Source: Heterodontus francisci
Taxonomy: Eukaryota
Assembly (NCBI RefSeq): GCF_036365525.1
Contig: NC_090399.1
Span: forward strand, 42,316,430-42,380,429
Direction: 5' to 3'
Length of the DNA: 64,000 bases
In this document: piece after piece, positions 12,247 to 23,638 of the stretch
Layout: every line of letters starts with the position of its first letter
Numbering within the stretch: the first letter of the stretch is position 1
The notes under the pieces: generated by a model
Database searches by the model: none
Seen by the model: only the letters and a program-made list of their open reading frames with translations
What the model was told of the DNA's origin: nothing
Made by a program: the position numbers and the translations under genes

Positions 12247-15200
12247 TCTCGTTCCCTCGCTGACACTCGCCCCCACCACTTCCCCTCGTTCCTCAGCCCC
12301 CCACCAACTCCCCTCGCTACCTCGCCAACCCTCGCCCCCACCACTTCCTCCGCTCCCTCGCCATCCATCGCCCCCACCACTGCCCCTCGCTCCCTCGCCC
12401 CCCACCAACCGCCCCTCGCTCCCTCGCCCCACCACCTCCCCTCGCTCCCTCGCCCCCACCACCTCCCTCGCTCCCTCGCCACCACCACCTCCCCTCGCTC
12501 CCTCGCCCCCACCACTCCCCTCGCTCCCTCGCCCCACCACCTCCCCTCGCTCCTCGCCCCCACCACCTCCCCTCGCTCCCTCGCCCCCACCACCTCCCTC
12601 GCTCCCTCGCCCACACCACCTCCCCTCGCTCCCTCGCCCACACCACCTCCCCTCGCTCCCTCGCCCACACCACCTCCCTCGCTCCCTCGCCCACACCACC
12701 TCCCCTCGCTCCCTCGCCCCACACCACCTCCCCTCGCTCCCTCGCCCACACCACCTCCCCTCGCTCCCTCGCCCACACCACCTCCCCTCGCTCCCTCGCC
12801 CACACCACCTCCCCTCGCTCCCTCGCCCACACCACCTCCCCTCGCTCCCTCGCCCACACCACCTCCCCTCGCATCCCTCGCCCACACCACCTCCCTCGCT
12901 CCCTCGCCCACACACCTCCCCTCGCTCCCTCGCCCACACCACCTCCCTCGCTCCTCGCCCACACCACCTCCCCTCGCTCCCTCGCCCACACCCCCTCCCC
13001 TCACTCCCTCGCCCACACCACCTCCCCTCACTCCCTCGCCCACACCACCTCCCCTCACTCCCTCGCCCACACCACCTCCCCTCACTCCCTCGCCCACACC
13101 ACCTCCCCTCACTCCCTCGCCCACACCACCTCCCCTCACTCCCTCGCCCACACCACCTCCCCCCCCTCCGTCGCCCCCACCACCTCTCCTCCCTCCCTCG
13201 CCCTCCCCTCGCCCTCCCCTCGCCCCCCCGCCACCACCTCCCCCCCTCCCTCGCACGCACCTCCTCCCCTCACTCCCACCACCTCCTCCCCTCACTCCCA
13301 CCGCCTCCCCCCGGTCCCTCGCCCCCACCGCCTCCCCCCGATCCCTCGCCCCCACCGTCATCCCCCGCTCCCTCGCCCCCACCGTCTTCCCCCGCTCCCT
13401 CGCCCCCACCGTCTTCCCCCCGCACCCTCGCCCCCACCACTTCCCCTCGCTCCCTCGCCCCCACCACTTCCCCTCGCTCCCTCACCCTCCTCGCCCTCGC
13501 CCCCTCGCCGACACTCGCACCCCCTTCCCTCGCCCCCACAACTTCCACTCGCTCCCTCGCCCCCAACAATTTGCCCCACACCCTCACCCCCACCACCTCC
13601 CCTCGCTGCCACCACTTCCCCTCACTCCCTCGCCGACCCTCGCCCCCACCACTTTCCCTCGCCCCCACCACTTCCCTCGCTCCCTCGCCATCCATCGCCC
13701 CCACCACTTCCCCTCGCTCCCTCGCCGACCCTCGCCCCCACCACCTCATCTCGCTCCCATGCCGACCCTCACCCCCCACCTCCCCTCGCTCCCCCCACCT
13801 TCCCTCATTCCCTCGCCCCCACCACTTCCCCTCACTCCCTCGCCGACCCTCGCCCCCACCACCTCCCCTCGCTCCATCGCCGACCATCGCACCCCCGCCG
13901 ACCCTCGCCCCCACCACCTCCCCTCGTTCCCTCGCCCCAACAACCACCCCTCGCTCCGTCGCCCCCACCACCTCCCCTCGCTCCCTCGCCCCACCACCTC
14001 CCCTCGCTCCCTCGTCCCATCACCTCCCTCGCTCCCTCGTCCCCATCACCTCCCCTCGCTCCCTCGTCCCCATCACCTCCCCTCGCTCCCTCGCCCCCAT
14101 CACCTCCCCTCGCTCCCTCACCCCCATCACCTCCCCTCGCTCCCTCGCCCCCTCCCCCACTCCCCTCCCCCCCCCCCCACCTCCCCCCGCCCCCCCCCAC
14201 TCCACCTCCCCCACCCTCGCCCCCACCTCCCCCCACTCTCGCCCCCCCACTCCCACCTCCCCCCCACTCCCTCGCCCCCCCACTCCACCTCCCCCCACTC
14301 CCTCGCCCCCCCACCCCCTCCCCCCACTCCCTCGCCCCCCCACCACCTCCCCCCACTCCCTCGCACCCCCCACCACCTCCCCCACCACCTCCCCCCCGCA
14401 CCCTCGCCCCCACCACTTCCCCTCGCTCCCTCGCCCCCACCACTTCCCTTCGCTCCCTCACCCTCCCTCGCCCTCGCTCCCTCGCCGACCCTCGCCCCCA
14501 CCACTTCCACTCGCCGACCCTCGCCCCCCCTCTTCCCCTCGCTCCCTCGCCGACACTCGCCCCCCCTTCCCCTCGCCCCCACCAACTTCCACTCGCTCCC
14601 TCGCCCCAACAATTTGCCCCACACCCTCATCCCTCCCTCATTCCCTCGCCCCCACCACTTCCCCTCACTCCCTCGCCGACCCTCGCCCCCACCACCTCCC
14701 CTCGCTCCCACCACCTCCCCTCGCTCCATCGCCGACCATCGCACCCCCGCCGACCATCGCCCCCCACCACCTCCCCTCGTTCCCTCGCCCCAACAACCAC
14801 CCCTCGCTCCGTCGCCCCCACCACCTCCCCTCGCTCCCTCGCCCCCACCACCTCCCCTCGCTCCCTCGTCCCCACCACCTCCCTCGCTCCCACCACCTCC
14901 CCTCGCTCCTCGTCCCACCACCTCCCCTCGCTCCCTCGCCCCCATCACCTCCCCTCGCTCCCTCGCCCCCATCACCTCCCCCTCGCCCCCATCACTTCCC
15001 CCCCACCTCCCCCCACACCACCTCCCCCCACTCCCTCGCCCCCCCCACTCCACCTCCCCCCACTCCACCTCCCCCCACTCCCTCGCCCCCCCACCTCCCC
15101 CCACTCCCTCGCCCCCCCACCTCCCCCCACTCCCTCGCCCCCCCCACTCCCCCCGCCCCCCCCACTCCCCCCACTCCCTCGCCCCCCCCACTCCCCCGCC

Positions 15201-18200
15201 CCCCCCACTCCCCCACTCCCTCGCCCCCCCCACTCCACCTCCCCCACTCCACCTCCCCCACCTCCCCCCACTCCACCTCCCCCACTCCACCTCCCCCCAC
15301 CTCCCCCCCACCTCCCCCACTCCACCTCCCCCACCTCCCCCCACCTCCCCCCACTCCACCTTCCCCCCACTCCCTCGCCCCCCCCCACCACCTCCCCCCA
15401 CTCCCTCGCCCCCCCACCACCTCCCCCCACCTCCCCCACTTCCCCCACTCCACCTCCCCCCACTCCCTCGCCCCCCCCACCACCTCCCCCACTCCCTCGC
15501 CCCCCACCACCTCCCCCCACTCCCTCGCCCCCCCCACCACCTCCCCCCACTCCTCGCCCCCCCCACCACCTCCCCCCACTCCCTCGCCCCCCCACACCTC
15601 CCCCCCACTCCCTCGCCCCCCCACCCACCCCCCCCCCACTCCCTCGCCCCCCCACCACCTCCCCCCACTCCCTCGCCACCCCCCACCCACCTCCCCCCAC
15701 TCCCTCGCCCCCCCCACCACCTCCCCCCACTACCCTTGCCACCCCCACCACCTCCCCCCACTCCCTCGCCACCCCCCACCACCTCCCCCCACTCCCTCGC
15801 CACCCCCACCACCTCCCCCCACTCCCTCGCCCCCCCCACTCCCTCGCCCCACTCCCTCGCCCCCCCCACTCCCTCGCCCCCCCCACTCCCTCGCCCCACT
15901 CCCCCCACTCCCCCCACTCCCTCGCCCCCCCCACCTCCCCCCACTCCCTCGCCCCCCCCACTCCCCCCACTCCCTCGCCCCCCCCACTCCCCCCACTCCC
16001 ACCTCCCCCCACTCCCTCGCCCCCCCCACTCCCTCGCCCCCCCCACTCCCTCGCCCCACTCCCCCCACTCCCCTCGCCCCCCACCTCCCCCCACTCCCCT
16101 CGCCCCCCCCACTCCCCCCACTCCCCACCTCCCCCCACTCCCTCGCCCCCCCCACCTCCCCCCACTCCCTCGCCCCCCCCACCTCCCCCCACTCCCTCGC
16201 CCCCCCACCTCCCCCCACTCCCTCGCCCCCCACCCCCCCACCTCCCCCCACTCCCCCACTCCTCGCCCCCACTCCCCCACTCCCTCGCCCCCCCCACCTC
16301 CCCCCACTCCCTCGCCCCCCCCCACCCTCCCCCCACTCCCTCGCCCCCCCCCCCACCTCCCCCCACTCCCTCGCCCCCCCCCTCCCCCCACTCCTCGCCC
16401 CCCCCCTCCCCCCACTCCCTCGCCCCCCCCCACCTCCCCCCACTCCCCCCACCTCCCCCCTCCCCCCACTCCCTCGCCCCCCCCACCTCCCCCCACTCCC
16501 CCCTCCCCCCACTCCCTCGCCCCCCCCACCTCCCCCACTCCCTCGCCCCCCCCCTCCCCCCACTCCCTCGCCCCCCCCACCTCCCCCCCCTCCCCCCCCA
16601 CCACCCACCTCCCCCCCTCCCCCCACTCCCTCGCCCCCCCCCACCTCCCCCCACCTCCTCGCCCCCCCCCCTCCCCCACCTCCTCGCCCCCCCCCNNNNN
16701 NNNNNNNNNNNNNNNNNNNNNNNNNNNNNNNNNNNNNNNNNNNNNNNNNNNNNNNNNNNNNNNNNNNNNNNNNNNNNNNNNNNNNNNNNNNNNNNNNNNN
16801 NNNNNNNNNNNNNNNNNNNNNNNNNNNNNNNNNNNNNNNNNNNNNNNNNNNNNNNNNNNNNNNNNNNNNNNNNNNNNNNNNNNNNNNNNNNNNNNNNNNN
16901 NNNNNNNNNNNNNNNNNNNNNNNNNNNNNNNNNNNNNNNNNNNNNNNNNNNNNNNNNNNNNNNNNNNNNNNNNNNNNNNNNNNNNNNNNNNNNNNNNNNN
17001 NNNNNNNNNNNNNNNNNNNNNNNNNNNNNNNNNNNNNNNNNNNNNNNNNNNNNNNNNNNNNNNNNNNNNNNNNNNNNNNNNNNNNNNNNNNNNNNNNNNN
17101 NNNNNNNNNNNNNNNNNNNNNNNNNNNNNNNNNNNGCCCCCCCCCCACCTCCCCCCCCTCCCCCACCTCCCCCCCTCCCCCCACTCCCTCGCCCCCCCCA
17201 CCTCCCCCCACTCCCTCGCCCCCCCCCCCACACTCCCCCCCCCCCACCTCCCCCCACTCCCTCGCCCCCCCCCCACCTCCCCCCCTCCCCCCACTCCCTC
17301 GCCCCCCCCCCCACCTCCCCCCCTCCCCCCACTCCCTCGCCCCCCCCCCACCTCCCCCCACTCCCTCGCCCCCCCCACCTCCCCCCCTCCCCCCCCCCCA
17401 CCTCCCCCCACTCCCTCGCCCCCCCCCACCTCCCCCCCTCCCCCCACTCCCTCGCCCCCCCCCACCTCCCCCCACTCCCTCGCCCCCCCCCCCCACCTCC
17501 CCCACTCCCTCGCCCCCCCCCCACCCTCCCCCCCTCCCCCCCCCCCACCTCCCCCCACTCCCTCGCCCCCCCCCACCTCCCCCCCTCCCCCCACTCCCTC
17601 GCCCCCCCCCCACCTCCCCCCACTCCTCGCCCCCCCCCCACCTCCCCCCCTCCCCCCACTCCCTCGCCCCCCCCCCACCTCCCCCCCACTCCCTCGCCCC
17701 CCCCCCCACCTCCCCCCCTCCCCCCACTCCCTCGCCCCCCCCCCCACCTCCCCCCACTCCCTCGCCCCCCCCCCCCACCTCCCCCCCTCCCCCCACTCCC
17801 TCGCCCCCCCCACCTCCCCCCACTCCCTCGCCCCCCCCCCCCACCTCCCCCCCTCCCCCCACTCCCTCGCCCCCCCCACCTCCCCCCACTCCCTCGCCCC
17901 CCCCCCACCTCCCCCCCTCCCCCCACTTCCCCCCCACCTCCCCCCACTCCCTCGCCCCCCCCCCCCACCTCCCCCCCCTCCCCCCACTTCCCCCCCACTC
18001 CCCCCACTCCCTCGCCCCCCCCCCCACCTCCCCCCCTCCCCCACTTCCCCCCCACCTCCCCCCACTCCCTCGCCCCCCCCCCCACCTCCCCCCACTTCCC
18101 CCCCTCCCCCCACTCCCTCGCCCCCCCCCACCTCCCCCCACTCCCTCGCCCCCCCCCACCTCCCCCCACTCCCTCGCCCCCCCCCCACCTCCCCCACTCC

Positions 18201-18390
18201 CTCGCCCCCCCCCCACCTCCCCCCACTCCCTCGCCCCCCCCCACCTCCCCCCCTCCCCCCACTCCCTCGCCCCCCCCCCACCTCCCCCCACTCCCTCGCC
18301 CCCCCCCCACCTCCCCCCACTCCCTCGCCACCTCCCCCCACTCCCTCGCCCCCCCCCCCCACCTCCCCCACTCCCTCGGCCACCACCTCC
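12247..18390. repeat. C-rich (G-rich on the minus strand) low-complexity minisatellite, units ~24-28 bp such as CTCCCTCGCCCCCCCACCTCCCCCCA; includes a 440-N gap at 16696-17135
   Basis: Seen directly; starts immediately after the alpha2 splice donor. Confidence 0.95.
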
Positions 18391-18396
18391 ACTCAC

Positions 18397-18669
18397 CAAC
18401 ACTCAGTTCTCGCTGTCCGTACTGCAGAAATTTCTTCAGCCATTCAATACACATAACCTCCAGGCTGTGTTTGCATTGCTGTTTGTTAGCGCTGTTCTGG
18501 TTCCACTTGCTTTGGATGCCCTTCCCCCAATGGACCGGAGTCTCCCACACAATGTTATCCTTGTCAAAGGTCATGAAGTCTCGTCCGTCCCATCCCCTCT
18601 GAGCAAACGCAGTCCTGGTCCCATCATCCCGCAGCTCACAGCCGAATTGGATCTGGTACGTGTGGATCC
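18397..18669 (-). CDS. MHC class I alpha2 domain exon (non-classical)
   Basis: GIHTYQIQFGCELRDDG...GWDGRDF...KW...CIEWLKKF; C101-C164 pair present; acceptor ttgacag, donor gtgagt; 273 nt, phase 1-1. Confidence 0.95.
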
Positions 18670-18684
18670 CTGTCAATCAGGCGC

Positions 18685-18905
18685 ACACAGCCAATAAAGC
18701 AGACCCGCCTGGGAGGCCACGCCCACTATTGCACAGCCAATCAAAAGCAGTATCACCGGGAGACCCCGCCCACTACCTCAGCCAATCAAACTCTTCTAAG
18801 TGGGAGACCCCGCCCACTACCTCAGCCAATGAAAACTGGCCTCACTGGGAGACCCCGCCCACACTGCCTGTCCCACATCTCCTGGGGAGCTGCGGCTATT
18901 TAAAG
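18685..18905 (+). promoter_or_regulatory. Intronic ~45-bp tandem array of CCAAT and GC boxes ending in a TATA-like box
   Basis: CCAAT at 18691, 18737, 18782 and 18826; CC(A/C)CGCCC at 18717, 18764, 18808 and 18853; TATTTAAA at 18897-18904. Function is inferred only. Confidence 0.4.
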
Positions 18906-19190
18906 GGCCCCTTTGTATTTTAAGGACATCGCGTTTGCCAGTCTTTGGATAAATGTTCATGAAGTGATGTGAGGCCGCTCGCTTTGACTGCCGGCTCTGC
19001 TCTGCTCTGGGAGACGGAGCCATTGCCCCATCCCCGCTCGCTTTGACTGCCGGCTCTGCTCTGCTCTGGGAGACGGAGCCACGTTTCTTGTTATCCTGGC
19101 TCCCGCACTATTCCCGACTTTTCCCCATCCCCGCCCGGATCCCTCAGCCCACAGAAAGAGGCAGAGTGAGGCGGAAGGGTGAAGACTCAC

Positions 19191-19433
19191 CTTCCGACTG
19201 GTTGGACTGGGATGTGAGTATTGGAAGGTCGATTTTAGAATACAGCTCCTGCCTCTGCATCCAGGACTCCGGCCCCTCGCTTTCCAACATCCACTGCTCC
19301 CGGGGAATCAACTGCTTCCGATCGCTGTCGTACATAACAAACTGGACATCGTCAACATAACCAACACCCACAAACTCCGGGAAACCGGGAATCGGAGTCA
19401 TGCGGGTAGCGAAATACCGGAGAGAGTGAGAGC
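19191..19433 (-). CDS. MHC class I alpha1 domain exon (shortened helix)
   Basis: GSHSLRYF...[20 protein letters not shown]...PREQWM...NQS (N86 glycosylation sequon); acceptor ttttcag, donor gtgagt; 243 nt, phase 1-1. Confidence 0.95.
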
Positions 19434-19616
19434 CTGAAAAACAAAGAGAAACATCAGGACACAAACCCCAAAACACCAATATAAGAAATTGTAGTTTTAA
19501 GGATATTATTAAATTACTAGAAATAGTTGTAGGAGAAATGCTGGGACTTTGTCTTCTTAGCAAAGGTTCTTTCTTTCTCTCTCACTTCAAGCAATTCTCC
19601 AACTATATGCTCAAGG

Positions 19617-22455
19617 TAAGAACATAAGAAATAGGAGCAGGAGTAGGCCATTCGGCCCCTCGAGCCTGCTCCACCATTTATTAAGATCATGGCTGATCCG
19701 ACTGTGGCTTTAACTCCACTTTCTTGCCACCACCACCCCAGTAACCTTTTGACTCCCTGGAGGATCAAAAATCTATTTCACTCGGCCTCCACTGCTGTCT
19801 GGGGAAGAGAATTCCAAAGATTAACAATCCTCCGAGAGAAGAAATTCCATCTCATCTCCATCCTAAAAGGGAGACCCTTTATTTTGAATACGTGTCCTCT
19901 AGTTCTAGATTCCCCATGAGGAGAAACATCCTTTGAGCATCAGCCCTGTCAAGTCCCTCAGAAACATATGTTTCAATAAGATCACCTAAATCATCTAACT
20001 GCAATAAGTATAGGCACAACCTGCTCAACCTTTGCTCGGAAGACAAACCCCTCATCCCAGGAATCAACCTAGTGAACCTTCTCTGAACTACTGCCAATGG
20101 AGGTATATCACTCCCTCAGCAAGGAGGGCAAAATTATACTGAGTAATCTAGGTGCAGTCTCAGCAATGGCCTGTACAATTGTAGCAAGATTGCCCTATAT
20201 ATTCCATCCTCCTTTCAATAAATAGCAAAATTCCAATTGCCTTCCTAATTACTTACTTACTACTTACATGCTAACTTTTTGGGATTCATGTACAAGAACA
20301 CCCAGCTCCCTCTGTACCGCAGCTTTCTGCATTCTCTGTTTTTTCATTCACAGGATGTGGGTATTGCTGGCTAGACCAGCATTTATTGCGTATCCCTAAT
20401 TGCCCTTGAGAAGGCGGTGGTGAGCTGCCTTCTTGAATCGCTGCAGTCCTTGGAGTGTAGGTATGCCAATAGTGCTGTTAGGAAGGGCGTTCCAAGATTC
20501 TGACCCAGCGACAGAGAAGGATTGGCAATATATTTCCAAGTCAGGATGCTGTGTGGCTTGGAGGGGAAATGCAGCTGGTGGTGTTCCCATGCATCTGTTG
20601 CCCTTGTCCTTCTAGGTGGTAGAGGTCACGGGTTTGGAAGGTGCTGTTGAAGGAGCCTTGGTGATTTGCTGCAATGCATCTTTTAGATGGTGCACACTGC
20701 TCCGAATAAATAATCTGCTTTTCTATTCTTCCTGCCAAAGTGGCTAATCTCACATTTTCCCACTGTTACAACCAGGTGAGAAAGGTGTCTAGGGGTTTTT
20801 TACGGTCTTCACCTGGTCTTATTATAACAGACTTTAATTTTAAATGCACTGTGTTTTGAGCTTCTCCCTTTGTGAATCCTTGTTCACAGTTTTCCAATTA
20901 TATGGCAAAGAAATTTGCATAAACAGGCTTCCTTAGGTGTAAAGAAGAAAAGTGTAATTTATTAAACCTTAAACTGAAACTCTAATATGGTTAATGCTGA
21001 TGGATACACGATGTGTCCACGCCAGCATGCACACACGATACACACATGCAAATAGGGACAGAAAAGAGTAGAAGAAAAATAAAATGGAGAGGTTTGAGGC
21101 AGTCTCTAAAGGGTATTTTTTTGTTACTGTTTCTGTGGCTGCAGCTTGCTGTAGAGTCCTTGATTGTAGACAGCTCTTACTTTTCATTGTAAGAGCTTAA
21201 ATCTTGTTCACTGCAACAGACTTTTCTATCTTGGGATTCAGATGTCTTCAGTGCTTCCGAAGCTGGTGAAAGCGAGATTAGAGCAGGCAGGAGAGGTGTT
21301 CTCAGTCCAGGAGCTAACAGCCTTCTGATTTTCAAACATTCTGTTGGAAACTCTAATTCAAAAATCTCTAACAGTCAGTCAGTCATGTGACCAAACTGTT
21401 CTGACCACATCTGTTTGTGTATTCGGCCATCTTAGTAGTTATGGAATGCTTCAATGTCTGGTAATCAAAAGTGGATTAAATTGGAGCAGGGAACAGCTCC
21501 TTTGTTCTTTGAAGTACTGTCTGTGGATATGTTAATGTCTCTCTCCAGCCAAAGATTTCAATAGTTTTTTAAAGTAAGTTCTATCTTCACCATCAGCAGT
21601 TTAAAATCAATGTTCATGCGATGAAATGATTTTTCCTCCTTTCTTGGCAGGTAGGGTTTGCCTGACACCACATTATACTCCATCTGCCAAATTTTTGTCC
21701 ACTTACTTAACTGATCCATATCCCTTTGCAGACACTTTGTCTTCCTCACAACTCACTTTCCTAGCTATCTTTGAATTGTCTGTAAATTTGGCTACAATAC
21801 ACTCACTCCCTTCATCCGTCATTAATATAGATCGTAAATACTTGAGGCCCCAGCACAGATCCCTGTGGCAATCCACTAGTAACAGTTTGGCAGTCTGAAA
21901 ATGCCCCATTTATCCCGACTATCAATTTCTTATTAGTTAGAAATCCTCTATCTATGCTAATATATTACCCTCAACACCATCAGCTGTTATCTGTTTAGTA
22001 ACCTTTTATGTGGCACCTTATGGAATGACTTTTGGAAATCCAAATACACTAGATCTACTGATTCCCCTTTATCTACCCTGCCTGGTACATCCTTAAACAA
22101 CTCCAATGAATATGTCAAACACAATTTCAGGTTCATAAAACCATGTTGACTCTGCCTGATTTGTATTATGATTTTCTAAATGTCCTACAACTACTTCCTT
22201 AATGCCGGATTCTAGTATTTTCCCAATAACAGATGTTGGGCTAACCGGCCTACAGTTTCCCACTTTCTGACACCACCCCCACCAAAACTTTCTTGTATAG
22301 GGGTGTTACATTTGTAGTTTTCCAATTCGCTGGGACTTTTCCAAAATCTAGGGAATTTTGGAAAGTTACAACCAATGCATCCATTATCTCTGCAGCCACT
22401 TACTTAGAGATACTAAGATGCAGGCCATCAGGTCCAAGGGACTTGTCAGCCTTTA
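19617..22455 (-). mobile_element. Old CR1 LINE 3' portion, interrupted by an L2-like 3' fragment (~20343-20700) and a solo LTR
   Basis: CR1 3' tail (aagaacataagaaataggagcaggagtaggccattc) and RT remnants (VQRRFTRLIPGM, AKFTDNSKI). Confidence 0.8.
20764..21667. mobile_element. Solo LTR (gypsy type)
   Basis: TGTTACA...CTGACA termini with 4-bp TSD CCAC (20760-20763 / 21668-21671); host CR1 sequence rejoins across it. Confidence 0.8.
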
Positions 22456-22474
22456 ATCAACAGCCAAGATGGAT

Positions 22475-23100
22475 TGTATTTGCCAGTTGATCGTTGTCTA
22501 AATTACCTAGCTGGAGACATAGCTCTGCCAGGCACATGCCTTTGTGTGGAATATACCTGGCCCAATCAGATGGGGCCTCATACCCATATATCTAAATGAC
22601 TATCTGGTGAAACTAATGAGATGACTTCAAGGGCTGGGCACTGAAAAAGGTGGGGTTTTCATTACGTACCTGTCTCTGAACAACTGGATAATTGGAATGG
22701 GAAGATGTAACCAAACGAGTGATTGGAATGGGACAACCACCAGCCCTAAAAATAGAGTATATAAACAAGCTGTTCAAAAGGAAAAAAAGGACAGGTTGAA
22801 GGGAGGAGGCGCTTTAGGGTTGCTCGCTTCCAGTTAACACCCTGATCAGCCTGAAGGGGTGAAAGTGGTTTAAGAGATCGTTACAGTAGGGGGCAGTGGC
22901 CAAGCCATTCTGTCTGTCCAATCCACGAACTGTATGCCTTCTCAGCTGTCAGGGGTCATATGTCTACTATAGCGATTCGGATGATGTGTTGTATTTGAAC
23001 TGTAACTTCTCAATAAACTGCATTTAAACCTTTAAACTGAACCACTTGTGACTGCTCAACTCTTCTGAATAATCTGTTACTCGTGATCAAATCTTACGCA
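22475..23100 (+). mobile_element. Possible solo LTR-like element
   Basis: TG...CA ends, internal TATATAAA (~22758) and AATAAA (~23012); no TSD verified. Confidence 0.35.
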
Positions 23101-23634
23101 ATCATCAAAGAGAGTTCAGAGCATGAACTCCAAAACACCAACCCCACACAGAGAGACACATCAGAACATGACCCCCAAATACCAACCTCACAGAGAGACA
23201 GGTATCTGGGCATGAACCCCAAAACACCAGCCCCACAGAAAAAGAGACATCAGGGCATGAACCCCAAAACACCAGCCCCCCACAGAGAGATATCAGGGCA
23301 TGAACCCTAAAACATCAATGCCACACCTCCAAACCCACAAAGAGAGAAAGAGGTGTCCATACCCCACAATCTCCCTCCCCAACCTCCGACCGTGCTCTCT
23401 AAGCCTGTGATCTCCCTCCCCAAAATCTCACTGGCCTCCCCATCAGAGACTCTGTGAACTCATGCCTCACCTGTTCCTCCTCCAGTCCCCCCACAATCTA
23501 ACCTAATTTGGGGGTCATGTCCTGATGTGTCTCTCTGTGTGGGGTTGGTGTTTTGGAGTTTATGCTCTGAACTCTCTTTGATGATTGTGTAAGATTTGAT
23601 TATGAGTAACAGATTATTCAGAAGAGTTGAGTAG
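23053..23634. repeat. ~128-bp inverted repeat (23053-23180 vs 23506-23634) with a ~39-bp minisatellite in the loop
   Basis: CTCAACTCTTCTGAATAATCTGTTACTC...CATGACCCCCAAA is the near reverse complement of TTTGGGGGTCATG...GAGTAACAGATTATTCAGAAGAGTTGAG. Confidence 0.85.
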
Positions 23635-23638
23635 TGAT

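Noticed and set aside
11408-18697. 2429-aa and other huge Pro- or Gly-rich ORFs (extensin/formin-like)
   Set aside because: They arise from a stop-free C-rich repeat, read through N-gaps and are open in nearly all frames. Only the embedded alpha2 and cytoplasmic exons look real.
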